Assembly (NCBI GenBank): GCA_035763705.1
Contig: DASUAU010000018.1
Location: 15-64,014 of the forward strand
Direction of reading: 5' to 3'
Source of the DNA: Terracidiphilus sp.
GTDB lineage: Bacteria > Acidobacteriota > Terriglobia > Terriglobales > Acidobacteriaceae
DNA: 64,000 nt
The first letter of the stretch is position 1. Every line of letters starts with the position of its first letter. The position numbers and the translations under genes were made by a program. Of this stretch, positions 20,408-28,927 are shown in pieces. The notes under the pieces were generated by a model. It was not told the origin of the DNA. It saw nothing but the letters and a program-made list of their open reading frames with translations, and did not search any database.

Positions 20408-21208
20408 TTAGTGAACCGAAGACAATCCCCGCGCGGCCATCTGCGCCTGCACCGGGGCTGACAGCAGATAATCCAGCAGCCGGTGCGCCTCCGCGCGATG
20501 ACCACTCGCGCGCATCACCACCGCGCCCTGCTCCAGCGGCGGATACAGCCCGCGCGGAATCACAAAGTAGCTTCCCTCCGCGGCAAGCTGCGGCGTCCGC
20601 GCCGCCGTCAGCGCAATCAACCCCGCCTGCGCATTGCCCGACTCCACAAACTGCGCGGCCTGTCCAATGTTTTCCGCCTGCACAATGCGGGTCTTCAGCG
20701 CGTCATAGAGTCCCAGGCTCTTCAGCGTTGCCAGCGCGGCGCGTCCATACGGTGCGCGGTCAGGATTCGCCATCGCCAGCCGCTTCAGCTCCGGGTTGCG
20801 CAGCAGCGCCAGGGACGGCGGCCGCAGATGCTCATCTTTCCGCGTCCACAGCACCAACGTGCCCTTCGCATAGGCAACCGGCGCCGCTTCATCGGCAAGC
20901 CCGGCCTTCACCAGCCGCGCCGGAAACTCCATGTCCGCGGCCAAAAACAAATCATACGGCGCGCCATTTTCAATTTGCGACGTTAGCATGGCAGATGCCT
21001 GATAGGTCCCCACCACGCGGATTCCCGTTTGCGCCTGGAACTGCTTCAGCAGCGGCGGCAGCACCGGCTCAAGGTCCGCGGCGGCAGCCAGCCGCAGCGT
21101 GGTCTGCGCCAAAGCTGACGGCAGAAATGTCATCATCGCCAGCACCGGCATCACCCAGCGCGCTCCGCGCGCGAATCGCATCCGTGAATTCCGCAAAAGC
21201 CGCCTCAC
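20408..21208 (-). CDS. modA: Molybdate ABC transporter substrate-binding protein
   Basis: AAAADL, QIENGAPYDLFLAAD, ANPDRAPYGRAA, ENI.Q. Confidence 0.93.
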   Translation of the reverse strand: MRRLLRNSRMRFARGARWVMPVLAMMTFLPSALAQTTLRLAAAADLEPVLPPLLKQFQAQTGIRVVGTYQASAMLTSQIENGAPYDLFLAADMEFPARLVKAGLADEAAPVAYAKGTLVLWTRKDEHLRPPSLALLRNPELKRLAMANPDRAPYGRAALATLKSLGLYDALKTRIVQAENIGQAAQFVESGNAQAGLIALTAARTPQLAAEGSYFVIPRGLYPPLEQGAVVMRASGHRAEAHRLLDYLLSAPVQAQMAARGLSSVH

Positions 21209-21210
21209 AC

Positions 21211-21220
21211 TGGTAGGCTA
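21211..21220. promoter_or_regulatory. Overlapping bidirectional -10 elements for modA and thrC
   Basis: TG-G-TAGGCT on + (21214-21219), TAGCCT on - (21220-21215) in a 21-bp divergent gap. Confidence 0.6.
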
Positions 21221-21229
21221 ACACTAAGG

Positions 21230-22582
21230 ATGAACGACAATCTGCATCGATTACGCTGTTTCGGCTGCGGCGACCGCATTGCGGGCGCGGACGCAGGCCC
21301 TGACTTTCGCTGCGCCCAATGCGGCGATCTTTTTGAGGTCGAATATCCTGGCTGGGACCAGCGCCAGGGACACGACCGCCCCAACGCCGGCGCACTCAAA
21401 TGGCTCTGGCGCGAGCGCCGCAGTTCCTCGCTCTCGCTCGACCAGTCCGGCGTCTGGCGCTTCCGTGAGCTGCTGCCCATTCTCGACAGCTTTGGCAACG
21501 CCGTTACACTGCGCGAGGGCAACACGCCGCTTTACACCTTGCCGCGCTCAGCCAAACCCCTCGGCATGGATCAGCTCTTCGCCAAGCACCAGGGCATGAA
21601 CCCCACCGGCTCCTTCAAGGACACCGGCATGACCGCCGCGCTCAGCGTGGCCCGCGAGCGCAACTTTGAATGGGTCGCCTGCGCATCCACGGGAAACACC
21701 TCCGCTGCCATGGCCGCCTATGCCGCGCGCGCCGGCCTGCGCTGCCTCGTGCTCATTCCTGAAGGCAAAATTGCATGGGGCAAGCTGGCACAGGCCATGG
21801 ACTACGGCGCGGTCACCTGCCAGTTGAAGACTGACTTCGACGGCTGCGTGCGCGTGCTCGCTGAAATCGTCCGCCAGGCGCCCATCTATCTGCTCAACTC
21901 CGTCAATCCTTATCGGCTGGAGGGCCAGAAGACGCCCGCCTTTGAAATCGCTGAAGCCTTTGACTGGGCCGTGCCTGACCATCTCATTGTTCCCGGCGGC
22001 AACCTGGCCAACAGCTCCGCGCTGGCCAAGGGCTTTCGAGAGATGCAGGAGCTTGGTCTGGTGGCGCGCATGCCGCGCATCTCCGTCATCCAGGCGGAGG
22101 GCGCAAACCCGCTGGTGCGCAGCCTTGCAGAAAACCAGGGCGAGTCGCTTCAACCCGTGGAAGCGCACACGCGCGCCACCGCCATTCGCATCGGCAATCC
22201 CGCGTCGTGGCGCAAGGCCGCCCGCGCCGTGCAGCAGACAGGCGGCTGGTGCCTCGATGTCAGCGAGGCTGAAATTGCCATCGCCAAGGCGGAAATCGGC
22301 GTGGAAGGCCTGGGCTGCGAGCCGGCCTCCGCCGTCACGCTCGCCGGCCTCAAGAAACTTCGCGCCGATGGCCGCATCGCGCCGGCGGATTCCGTCGTCC
22401 TTCTGCTCACCGGCCACGCGCTCAAGGACGCCGATTACACCATCGACTTCCATCGCGACACGCTGCTGACGGAGGACGAGAAGCGCGGCCACGCATCCCA
22501 TCTCGCCGCGCTGCGCCGTAACGCCATCGTCGTCGAATCCTCCGCGGAAGCCGTCCTCGCGCAATTGAAGGAGCGCGCCTGA
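21230..22582 (+). CDS. thrC: Threonine synthase with N-terminal Cys4 zinc ribbon
   Basis: EGNTPL, NPTGSFKD, ASTGNTSA, NSVNPYRLEGQKT, PGGNLAN, TGHALKD. Confidence 0.95.
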   Translation: MNDNLHRLRCFGCGDRIAGADAGPDFRCAQCGDLFEVEYPGWDQRQGHDRPNAGALKWLWRERRSSSLSLDQSGVWRFRELLPILDSFGNAVTLREGNTPLYTLPRSAKPLGMDQLFAKHQGMNPTGSFKDTGMTAALSVARERNFEWVACASTGNTSAAMAAYAARAGLRCLVLIPEGKIAWGKLAQAMDYGAVTCQLKTDFDGCVRVLAEIVRQAPIYLLNSVNPYRLEGQKTPAFEIAEAFDWAVPDHLIVPGGNLANSSALAKGFREMQELGLVARMPRISVIQAEGANPLVRSLAENQGESLQPVEAHTRATAIRIGNPASWRKAARAVQQTGGWCLDVSEAEIAIAKAEIGVEGLGCEPASAVTLAGLKKLRADGRIAPADSVVLLLTGHALKDADYTIDFHRDTLLTEDEKRGHASHLAALRRNAIVVESSAEAVLAQLKERA

Positions 22583-23523
22583 TGGCCGATTCCGGCTGGA
22601 ACATGCCGGCGGCGGTGCGCCTTCGCCTGCCCGCCACCTCCGCCAATCTCGGCAGCGGTTTTGACACGGTTGCCGTCGCGCTCGATCTTTTTCTCGAAAT
22701 GGAAGCCCGCCCCGCGGAGTCCTTCTCCATCCTCGCCACTGGACGCGATGCCGTGCGCTGCGCGCGCCAGGAGGACAATCTCATCCTCGACACCTACGCG
22801 CGCATCCTTGCGCAGAACGACCGGGCGCTGGTTCCGCTGTCCTTGAATATGAAAAATGCCGTGCCGCTGGGCATGGGCTGCGGCTCGTCGGCCGCCGGAC
22901 GGCTGGCCGCCATTGCGCTGGCCAACCACTTTGGCAGGCTTGGCTGGGTCACGGAACGAATTCTCAAGGAAGCTTCCGCCCTGGAAGGCCATCCGGACAA
23001 CGCCGCAGCCTGCTGGCTGGGCGGATTTGTGGCCGCGGCCGCCGAAGGGGACACAGTCCAGGTGGCGCGCGTTCTGCCTCCCTCCGCGTGGCGCGTCCTT
23101 GTCGTGCTACCGCCCGCGCCACTCTCCACCAGTGAAGCGCGCGCCCTGCTCCCGGAACGCTACTCACGCGCCGACGCGGTGGTCAATCTGCAATCGGTCG
23201 CCCTGCTTGGCCTCGCATTTTCCCAGGGCAGGGCAGAGCTGCTGGCGACGGCCATGCGCGATCGCATGCACCAGCCCTATCGCCAGGCCATTTGCCCCAT
23301 GCTTGCCCCGCTGCTGCCGCTCACCGGCTCCCACGGCATTCTCGGCGTCGCGCTCAGCGGAGCCGGTCCTGCCGTGCTGGTGATTCTGGACGACGACGAG
23401 AGCATCCCGACTGCCTCCCAGGCCATTCGAACCGCGCTCATCGGCCTGCCCGAACCCGAGATTTTAGCGTGCAAATTCGAAGGCGGAGACGGGCGAATTC
23501 AGGTGGATTACGAGGCCTCCTGA
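22582..23523 (+). CDS. thrB: Homoserine kinase
   Basis: PATSANLGSGFD, PLGMGCGSSAA, EGHPDN, HQPYR, SGAGP. Confidence 0.95.
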   Translation: MADSGWNMPAAVRLRLPATSANLGSGFDTVAVALDLFLEMEARPAESFSILATGRDAVRCARQEDNLILDTYARILAQNDRALVPLSLNMKNAVPLGMGCGSSAAGRLAAIALANHFGRLGWVTERILKEASALEGHPDNAAACWLGGFVAAAAEGDTVQVARVLPPSAWRVLVVLPPAPLSTSEARALLPERYSRADAVVNLQSVALLGLAFSQGRAELLATAMRDRMHQPYRQAICPMLAPLLPLTGSHGILGVALSGAGPAVLVILDDDESIPTASQAIRTALIGLPEPEILACKFEGGDGRIQVDYEAS

Positions 23524-23650
23524 AAGCAAATTCGGAGGCAGCCGAACAAAGCTGCGGGTCGTGCCGCAACCGGGGCGAAGTGCGTGAGGAATAAAGTGCT
23601 TCGCGGGGTGCGTGTGTAACAAGTAAATCCCCCGTTGGTGTCTCGTAAAT

Positions 23651-23772
23651 CGATTACCTAAGTTTGCTTGCTATTCCACGCTGAACAGCCTAAATTCGCA
23701 CCGTGGGCAGTTCTGGGGGAGGGCTGCTCTAGCGCCCGTGGTCCGTTACCGGATCCGGGCGCTTTTCCTTTC
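23651..23772 (+). ncRNA. Candidate small RNA / structured element ending in an intrinsic terminator
   Basis: Hairpin GGGCAGTTCT-GGGGG-AGGGCTGCTC (23705-23729) abutting AGCGCCCG..GTCCG-ttac-CGGAT..CGGGCGCT-TTTCCTTT (23731-23771); ECF-like GTAAC-N18-TGTC at 23616-23642; 5' end inferred. Confidence 0.5.
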
Positions 23773-23918
23773 TCCGCACCCTCTTTTGCCCGCCCGCCAA
23801 AGTTTCCCGCAGGCATCTTTCGTCTAACCCCACTTTGCGACCGACCGCACCCTTTGCACATCTATTAAATCGGTGTTTGCCGTTACACTGGGTACAGGCA
23901 GGCACTGCAAGGAGGAAC

Positions 23919-24251
23919 ATGGCTGGTTTGGGTGTGATGGAAGTGAGCGATGCAACGTTTGAGCAGGAGGTGCTCCACAGTGAGCAGCCTGTGCTGGTGG
24001 ATTTCTGGGCCGTTTGGTGCGGTCCGTGCCGCGCTATTGCGCCTATCGTTGAGGGCCTGGCAAGCACCTATGCGGGCAAGCTGAAGGTGGCCAAGGTCAA
24101 CGTCGACGAAAACGGCGCCACGCCGTCCCGCTACGGCATTCGCGGCATTCCCACGCTGCTGCTCTTCAAGGGCGGCAAAGTGGCTGACCAGATTGTGGGC
24201 TTTGTGCCCCAGGACGTGATTGAAGACAAGGTGCAGCGCCTGCTGGCGTAA
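23919..24251 (+). CDS. trxA: Thioredoxin
   Basis: VDFWAVWCGPC, RGIPTL; AGGAGG SD. Confidence 0.97.
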   Translation: MAGLGVMEVSDATFEQEVLHSEQPVLVDFWAVWCGPCRAIAPIVEGLASTYAGKLKVAKVNVDENGATPSRYGIRGIPTLLLFKGGKVADQIVGFVPQDVIEDKVQRLLA

Positions 24252-24283
24252 GGCCGGCAGACACGTTGGTTGCGGCATGCACG

Positions 24284-24313
24284 AAAATGACCCGGCAGCT
24301 TTGCCGGGTCATT
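24284..24313. terminator. Hairpin terminator between convergent trxA and lexA
   Basis: AATGACCCGGCA-gctt-TGCCGGGTCATT. Confidence 0.8.
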
Positions 24314-24335
24314 GCTGTCTCCGGTTGAAACTTCC

Positions 24336-24941
24336 TCAGCGGTACTTGCGCAGCACGCCCAGCACGCGGCCCTGGATGGCCACCTGCGCCGCCGGCACAT
24401 AAATCGGCTCCATCTCCGCATTCGAGGGCTGCAGCCGCACCAGCCGGCCCTCCGGATAGTAGCGCTTCAGGGTGGTCTCCGCGCCGCGCACCAGCGCCAC
24501 CACAATCTCGCCCTTGTGCGCCGTCCGCGTGCGCTCCACCAGCACGTAATCGCCGTTGATGATGTGCTCGTCGCGCATCGAGTCGCCCCGCACTTCCAGC
24601 GCAAACACATCGCGATTGCCCACCACGTCGTGCAGGGAAATGCTCTCAGGATTCTCCACGGCTTCCACCGGCAACCCCGCCGCAATGCGCCCGGCCAGCG
24701 GCAACCGCTCCGTCACGCGGCTGCGCGACCCCTGGGGCAGCACGTCAATCGAGCGGCTGTGGTTGTGCACGCGATCCAGCAGGCCCTTCTTCTCCAGGTT
24801 TGAGATGTGCTTGTGGATGGTGGCCAGGCTCTTCAAACCCATGCCCCGCGCAATCTCTTCAAAGGAAGGTGAATAGCCGTTGCGGGCGACAAACGTCGCC
24901 AGAAAATCCAGAACCTCTTTTTGCCGCTTGGTGATGGCCAT
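24336..24941 (-). CDS. lexA: SOS repressor LexA
   Basis: TKRQKEVLDF, GYSPSFEEIA, IAAG.P cleavage site, GDSM (Ser), TLKR (Lys). Confidence 0.97.
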   Translation of the reverse strand: MAITKRQKEVLDFLATFVARNGYSPSFEEIARGMGLKSLATIHKHISNLEKKGLLDRVHNHSRSIDVLPQGSRSRVTERLPLAGRIAAGLPVEAVENPESISLHDVVGNRDVFALEVRGDSMRDEHIINGDYVLVERTRTAHKGEIVVALVRGAETTLKRYYPEGRLVRLQPSNAEMEPIYVPAAQVAIQGRVLGVLRKYR

Positions 24942-24947
24942 GCGCGC

Positions 24948-24975
24948 ATTATAGCGAACAAAAAGCGAATGACAA
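24948..24975 (-). promoter_or_regulatory. lexA sigma70 promoter with embedded LexA box
   Basis: On - strand TTGTCA-N16-TATAAT-6nt-ATG; GAAC-N7-GAAT at 24956-24970 matches the GTTC-N7-GTTC SOS box known for Acidobacterium and Alphaproteobacteria. Confidence 0.85.
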
Positions 24976-25273
24976 GGGCGCAGTTCTTATTTTTCTTCGC
25001 CAACCCTGCGCCGTGTGACCGAATTGGCAACACTCCCGCTACCAGCGTTAGAAAACCTTTCCAGAATCTGCCTCCCTGCGGACAGGTGTCCGATTCGGGA
25101 CAATCTCGGGAAACCTTTCCACATCAGGAAGCCCAGAAAATCTTAATGACTTTTCGGCCTTGAGTTCCTAAAGCCCCCCAAGCAAGGTGGAAGGACGCAA
25201 CCGTTAGCGCTTCCTAAGCAGGCTCACCGCATAGAGTGAGCGCTCACCTGCGTTGACTCGGGGGAAAAAGACA

Positions 25274-26017
25274 ATGAGGCTTCTGATCGCTGAGGATGAC
25301 AAGGCGCTGGGATTGTTCCTGAAGCGCGGCTTTGAGGTGGAGGGCCACCGCGTGCGCGTGGCCGAGGACGGCGCGGCGGCCGTCGATGCCTTTCGCGAAG
25401 AGCTTCCTGACCTGACCATCCTGGACCTCAATCTTCCCGTCAAGGATGGCGAGCAGGTGCTGGCCGAGCTGCGCACCCTCGATGCCGACCTGCCGGTGCT
25501 GATTTTGACCGCCCGTCAGGATGTGGAGGCGCGGGTACGCTGTCTTGACCTGGGCGCCGACGATTTGATGCTGAAACCCTTCAGCCTTTTCGAGCTGCGC
25601 GCGCGCTGCCGTGCGCTGCTGCGACGCAAGCGCGAGGCGCGTCTGCTGCTGCGCGCCGGCGATCTTGAGGTCAACCGGCTGGACCACACCGCCATGCGCG
25701 CCGGCCATCCGGTGGTGCTCACCAACAAGGAATTCGCCCTGCTCGAGCATCTGCTGCTGCATCGGGGCCACTCGGTCTCCCGCGTGGAGCTGCTGGATTC
25801 GGTGTGGAAGATGGAGCCCGCGCAGACCACCAACATCGTCGACGTCTATGTGAACTATCTGCGCCGTAAGCTCAAGGATCCGCCGCCCGGAAAGCTGATC
25901 CGCACCGTGCGCGGGCAGGGCTACATGGTTCCCATCGAGAGCGAGATTGCCGCCTCCATTGGCCCCATGCTTCCCGCCGAGCAGCTCCGCGCGCACGGCA
26001 CGCCCACAACGGTTTAA
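25274..26017 (+). CDS. OmpR/PhoB-family response regulator heading the flagellar cluster
   Basis: AEDD, ILDLNLP, LTA, KPF receiver; LTNKEF..L, VDVYVNYLRRKL, IRTVRGQGY wHTH. Confidence 0.92.
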   Translation: MRLLIAEDDKALGLFLKRGFEVEGHRVRVAEDGAAAVDAFREELPDLTILDLNLPVKDGEQVLAELRTLDADLPVLILTARQDVEARVRCLDLGADDLMLKPFSLFELRARCRALLRRKREARLLLRAGDLEVNRLDHTAMRAGHPVVLTNKEFALLEHLLLHRGHSVSRVELLDSVWKMEPAQTTNIVDVYVNYLRRKLKDPPPGKLIRTVRGQGYMVPIESEIAASIGPMLPAEQLRAHGTPTTV

Positions 26018-26102
26018 GCAAATCCAACCCGCAGCACCGGCAGAATTCATTTTCAGAATCCAATTTCACCGCTCTTGGCTTTCACTCATTAAGGAGACCC
26101 TG

Positions 26103-27419
26103 ATGCAGACCTTCGCCGTTCCAGTTCTTCCTCCTCCCGCTGCCCGCATTCGACCCCGCACGGCGCTGGTGGCCAGTGCGGACCGCCACTTCCGGCAGAG
26201 GCTGAACGAGGTGCTTACCGGACTGCGCTGGCAGGTGCGCGAGGCCCAGGGTGGCGCCGAGGCCTGGGCGGAGGCGGATTCGGCCGCGCCCGAGGCCGTG
26301 ATTGTCGATTCCTGGCTTCCCGATCTCGATCAGGGCGAGTTTCTGCGCGAGTTTCGCGCGCTCTATCCGGAGGTCGATCTGGTCATCGCCGACGGAACCA
26401 GCCCGCAGGATGCGCCGCGCGGCCCCCATCGCCAGGAACTGCTCTACGCGCTGCGCTGCAGCCAGGACGCGGATGCGGCGGCATGGAAGAGCGCGCCGCT
26501 GCTGGCCGGAGAGCCGGAGAAGGAGAGAAGTTTGACGCTGGTAAGCGGAAATCCCGGCAGGCTGGCCGCGGCCGCTGCCCAGGCTGCCTGCGGCGGGGCG
26601 GAGCGCCTCTCTGCATCGGCCGGAGCTTCGGTTGCAGCCGGATTCTCCGCCTCCCGGGAACGGCTGCCGGAGCTGGTGGGCGAGGCCGCCTGCATGATCG
26701 AGGTCAGCCGGCGCATCCGCCTGGTGGCCCCGCGCTCCACTCCCGTGCTGATTGAAGGCCCCACCGGATCGGGCAAGGAGCTGGTGGCCGAGGCCCTGCA
26801 CCGGCTCTCCAATCGTTCGCGCAAGCCGTTTGTTGCCATCAATTGCGCCGCAATTCCCGAGGCATTGCTTGAGGCTGAGCTTTTCGGCCACACCCGCGGA
26901 GCGTTCACCGGCGCCGTGCACGGGCGCGTGGGACGCATCGAGGCTGCCAACGGCGGAACGCTCTTTCTGGATGAGATTGGCGAGATGCCGCTGGCTCTGC
27001 AGGCCAAGCTGCTGCGCTTTGTGGAGAGCGGCGAACTGCAGCGCGTGGGCGACAACGAAACGCTCAAGGTGGATGTTCGGGTGGTGGCCGCCACGCATCG
27101 CCCGCTGGTGCAGCACACGCAGAGCGGCGGCTTCCGGGCGGATTTGTACTACCGGCTGGCCGTCTTCCTTATCCGCACGCCCTCGCTGGCCGAGCACATC
27201 GAGGACCTGCCCCTGCTGGTCGAGCACTTTCTGGAGCAGATGGGCCGGCAGTCACCCAGAAAGTCCCTCGACGAGGTGGCGCTGGCCCGGCTGGCCGCGC
27301 ATCCCTGGCCCGGCAACGTGCGGGAGCTTGAGCACGTGCTTGAGCGCGCGGCGATTCTGGCCGGAGACGCGCCGGTTCTCACCTCGCAGGAGATTGATTT
27401 CGGGCTGGTGGTGAATTAG
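26103..27419 (+). CDS. Sigma54-dependent activator (degenerate receiver + AAA+, no C-terminal HTH)
   Basis: GPTGSGKE, ELFGH.RGAFTGA, LFLDEIGE, FRADLYYRL, WPGNVRELE; stop shortly after the AAA+ core. Confidence 0.92.
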   Translation: MQTFAVPVLPPPAARIRPRTALVASADRHFRQRLNEVLTGLRWQVREAQGGAEAWAEADSAAPEAVIVDSWLPDLDQGEFLREFRALYPEVDLVIADGTSPQDAPRGPHRQELLYALRCSQDADAAAWKSAPLLAGEPEKERSLTLVSGNPGRLAAAAAQAACGGAERLSASAGASVAAGFSASRERLPELVGEAACMIEVSRRIRLVAPRSTPVLIEGPTGSGKELVAEALHRLSNRSRKPFVAINCAAIPEALLEAELFGHTRGAFTGAVHGRVGRIEAANGGTLFLDEIGEMPLALQAKLLRFVESGELQRVGDNETLKVDVRVVAATHRPLVQHTQSGGFRADLYYRLAVFLIRTPSLAEHIEDLPLLVEHFLEQMGRQSPRKSLDEVALARLAAHPWPGNVRELEHVLERAAILAGDAPVLTSQEIDFGLVVN

Positions 27420-27485
27420 CCGCCGGCCCCATTCCCGGCCTGCCGGCAACCTGTGCGGCAAGCCGGAAGGGAGGAACGCATCGCG

Positions 27486-27845
27486 ATGCAGATTGAGACA
27501 CGATTGATGGACCAGCTCTCCAGCTATCTGGACCTGGCCTCGGATGAAACCAAACTGACGGCGGCCAACATGGCCAACATCGATACCCCCGGCTACCAGG
27601 CCGTCGGCATGGACTTTACCAGGGAGATGCAGAAGGCCATTCAGGATGTGGATGCGGGCGCGGCGGCGGAGCCGGTCGATGTCGAAAAGGTGGACGGGCT
27701 GGTCTCCCGGCCCGACGGCAACGACGTATCCATGGACCGCGAAGGCCTGAATCTGGCCGAGGCGCAGTTGCGTTACAAGACCGGCATTGCGCTCTGGCGC
27801 GACGAGTTTCAGCGAGTGATGGACGCCATCCACGCCAACGCCTGA
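27486..27845 (+). CDS. flgB: Flagellar basal-body rod protein FlgB
   Basis: ANMANIDTPGYQA, RPDGNDVSMDRE. Confidence 0.93.
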   Translation: MQIETRLMDQLSSYLDLASDETKLTAANMANIDTPGYQAVGMDFTREMQKAIQDVDAGAAAEPVDVEKVDGLVSRPDGNDVSMDREGLNLAEAQLRYKTGIALWRDEFQRVMDAIHANA

Positions 27846-27897
27846 GGCAACCGGCTGCGCGGGCATGCAGCCCGGACATAAGAGAAGGAGAAGTGCG

Positions 27898-28422
27898 ATG
27901 AATCTTTTCGGAGTGATGGAAGTTTCCGGCTCGGCGATGCAGGCCGAGCGGATGCGCGCCGAGGTGGTGGCCGCCAACATGGCCAACGCCGAAACCACGC
28001 GCACCGAGGACGGCAAGCCCTACCGGCGGCAGATGGTGGTCTTCGCGGCCAACTCCGGCGACCCCAATTTTCTTGACTCGATGCGCGACGCCACCGCCAC
28101 CGGGCCTGACCTTGCGCAGAACGCCGCCGCGCAGGGCGCCCTGCCCGCGCCGCCGCCCCTGTTGCACGGCGGCCTCAATGACACGGTCTCCACCGGCGTG
28201 CACATTGCCCAGGTGGTGCAGGACACCTCCGATCCGCTCAAGCGCTACGACCCTGGCAGTCCCGACGCCGGACCGGACGGCTATGTCTCGTATCCGAACA
28301 TTAACCCGCTCACAGAGATGGTGGACCTGATGGGGGCCACGCGTGCATATGGCTTGAATGGCTCCGCCGTGCAGGCGGAAAAAAGCATGATCACCTCGGC
28401 CTTGGAGATTGCCAAGAGTTGA
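27898..28422 (+). CDS. flgC: Flagellar basal-body rod protein FlgC
   Basis: ANMANAETTRT...PYRR, YDPGSPDA..DGYV.YPNIN...EMVDL. Confidence 0.95.
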   Translation: MNLFGVMEVSGSAMQAERMRAEVVAANMANAETTRTEDGKPYRRQMVVFAANSGDPNFLDSMRDATATGPDLAQNAAAQGALPAPPPLLHGGLNDTVSTGVHIAQVVQDTSDPLKRYDPGSPDAGPDGYVSYPNINPLTEMVDLMGATRAYGLNGSAVQAEKSMITSALEIAKS

Positions 28423-28490
28423 CCGGGCCAACGGTAAGCGGCGCGGCTGCCGGGGAGAGGACGAAGCATTCGGGCAGGGCACCGCAATGC

Positions 28491-28506
28491 AGGCACGGGT
28501 TCAGCT
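28491..28506 (+). promoter_or_regulatory. Putative sigma54 -24/-12 promoter upstream of fliE
   Basis: AGGCAC-GGGTT-CAGCT: GG 28492-28493, N10, GC 28504-28505. Confidence 0.45.
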
Positions 28507-28570
28507 ATCAGGATTTCGGGCAGAAGAGTTCAGGCCCAGGATTCGGGCAGAAGGATTTCAGGGGGAACAG

Positions 28571-28894
28571 ATGCAATACGCAATGAACGCCATCTCCAGC
28601 GCGGGCTCCAGCGTGGCGGCGCTTTCTGACGGCACGGGCGCGGCTGCAGCCGCCGGCCAAAAGGGTTCGGCCGCGGCGCCTTTCAGTGATCTGCTTGCCG
28701 ACGCAGTCGGTCAGGAGAACGCGCTTGAAGCGCAGGCGCGCTCGGCCGTGGACGGCCTGATGACCGGCTCGGGCGTGGATGTGCACCAGGCGATGATTGC
28801 CACCCAGAAGGTCGACATGGCCTTTGAGCTGGCGCTGGCGGTGCGCAACAAGGCCGTGCAGGCCTATCAGCAGGTGATGGGGATGCAGTTCTAA
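28571..28894 (+). CDS. fliE: Flagellar hook-basal body protein FliE
   Basis: DVHQAMIA.QK.......AVRNKAVQAYQQVMGMQF. Confidence 0.95.
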   Translation: MQYAMNAISSAGSSVAALSDGTGAAAAAGQKGSAAAPFSDLLADAVGQENALEAQARSAVDGLMTGSGVDVHQAMIATQKVDMAFELALAVRNKAVQAYQQVMGMQF

Positions 28895-28927
28895 CCCGCG
28901 CGAGCAGACCGGGACTCATAAACCACC

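Noticed and set aside
25180-25260. c-di-GMP-I riboswitch ahead of the flagellar operon (GGACGCAA seen)
   Set aside because: Lacks the GCAAAC...GAAA tetraloop stem and receptor; only generic hairpins are present.
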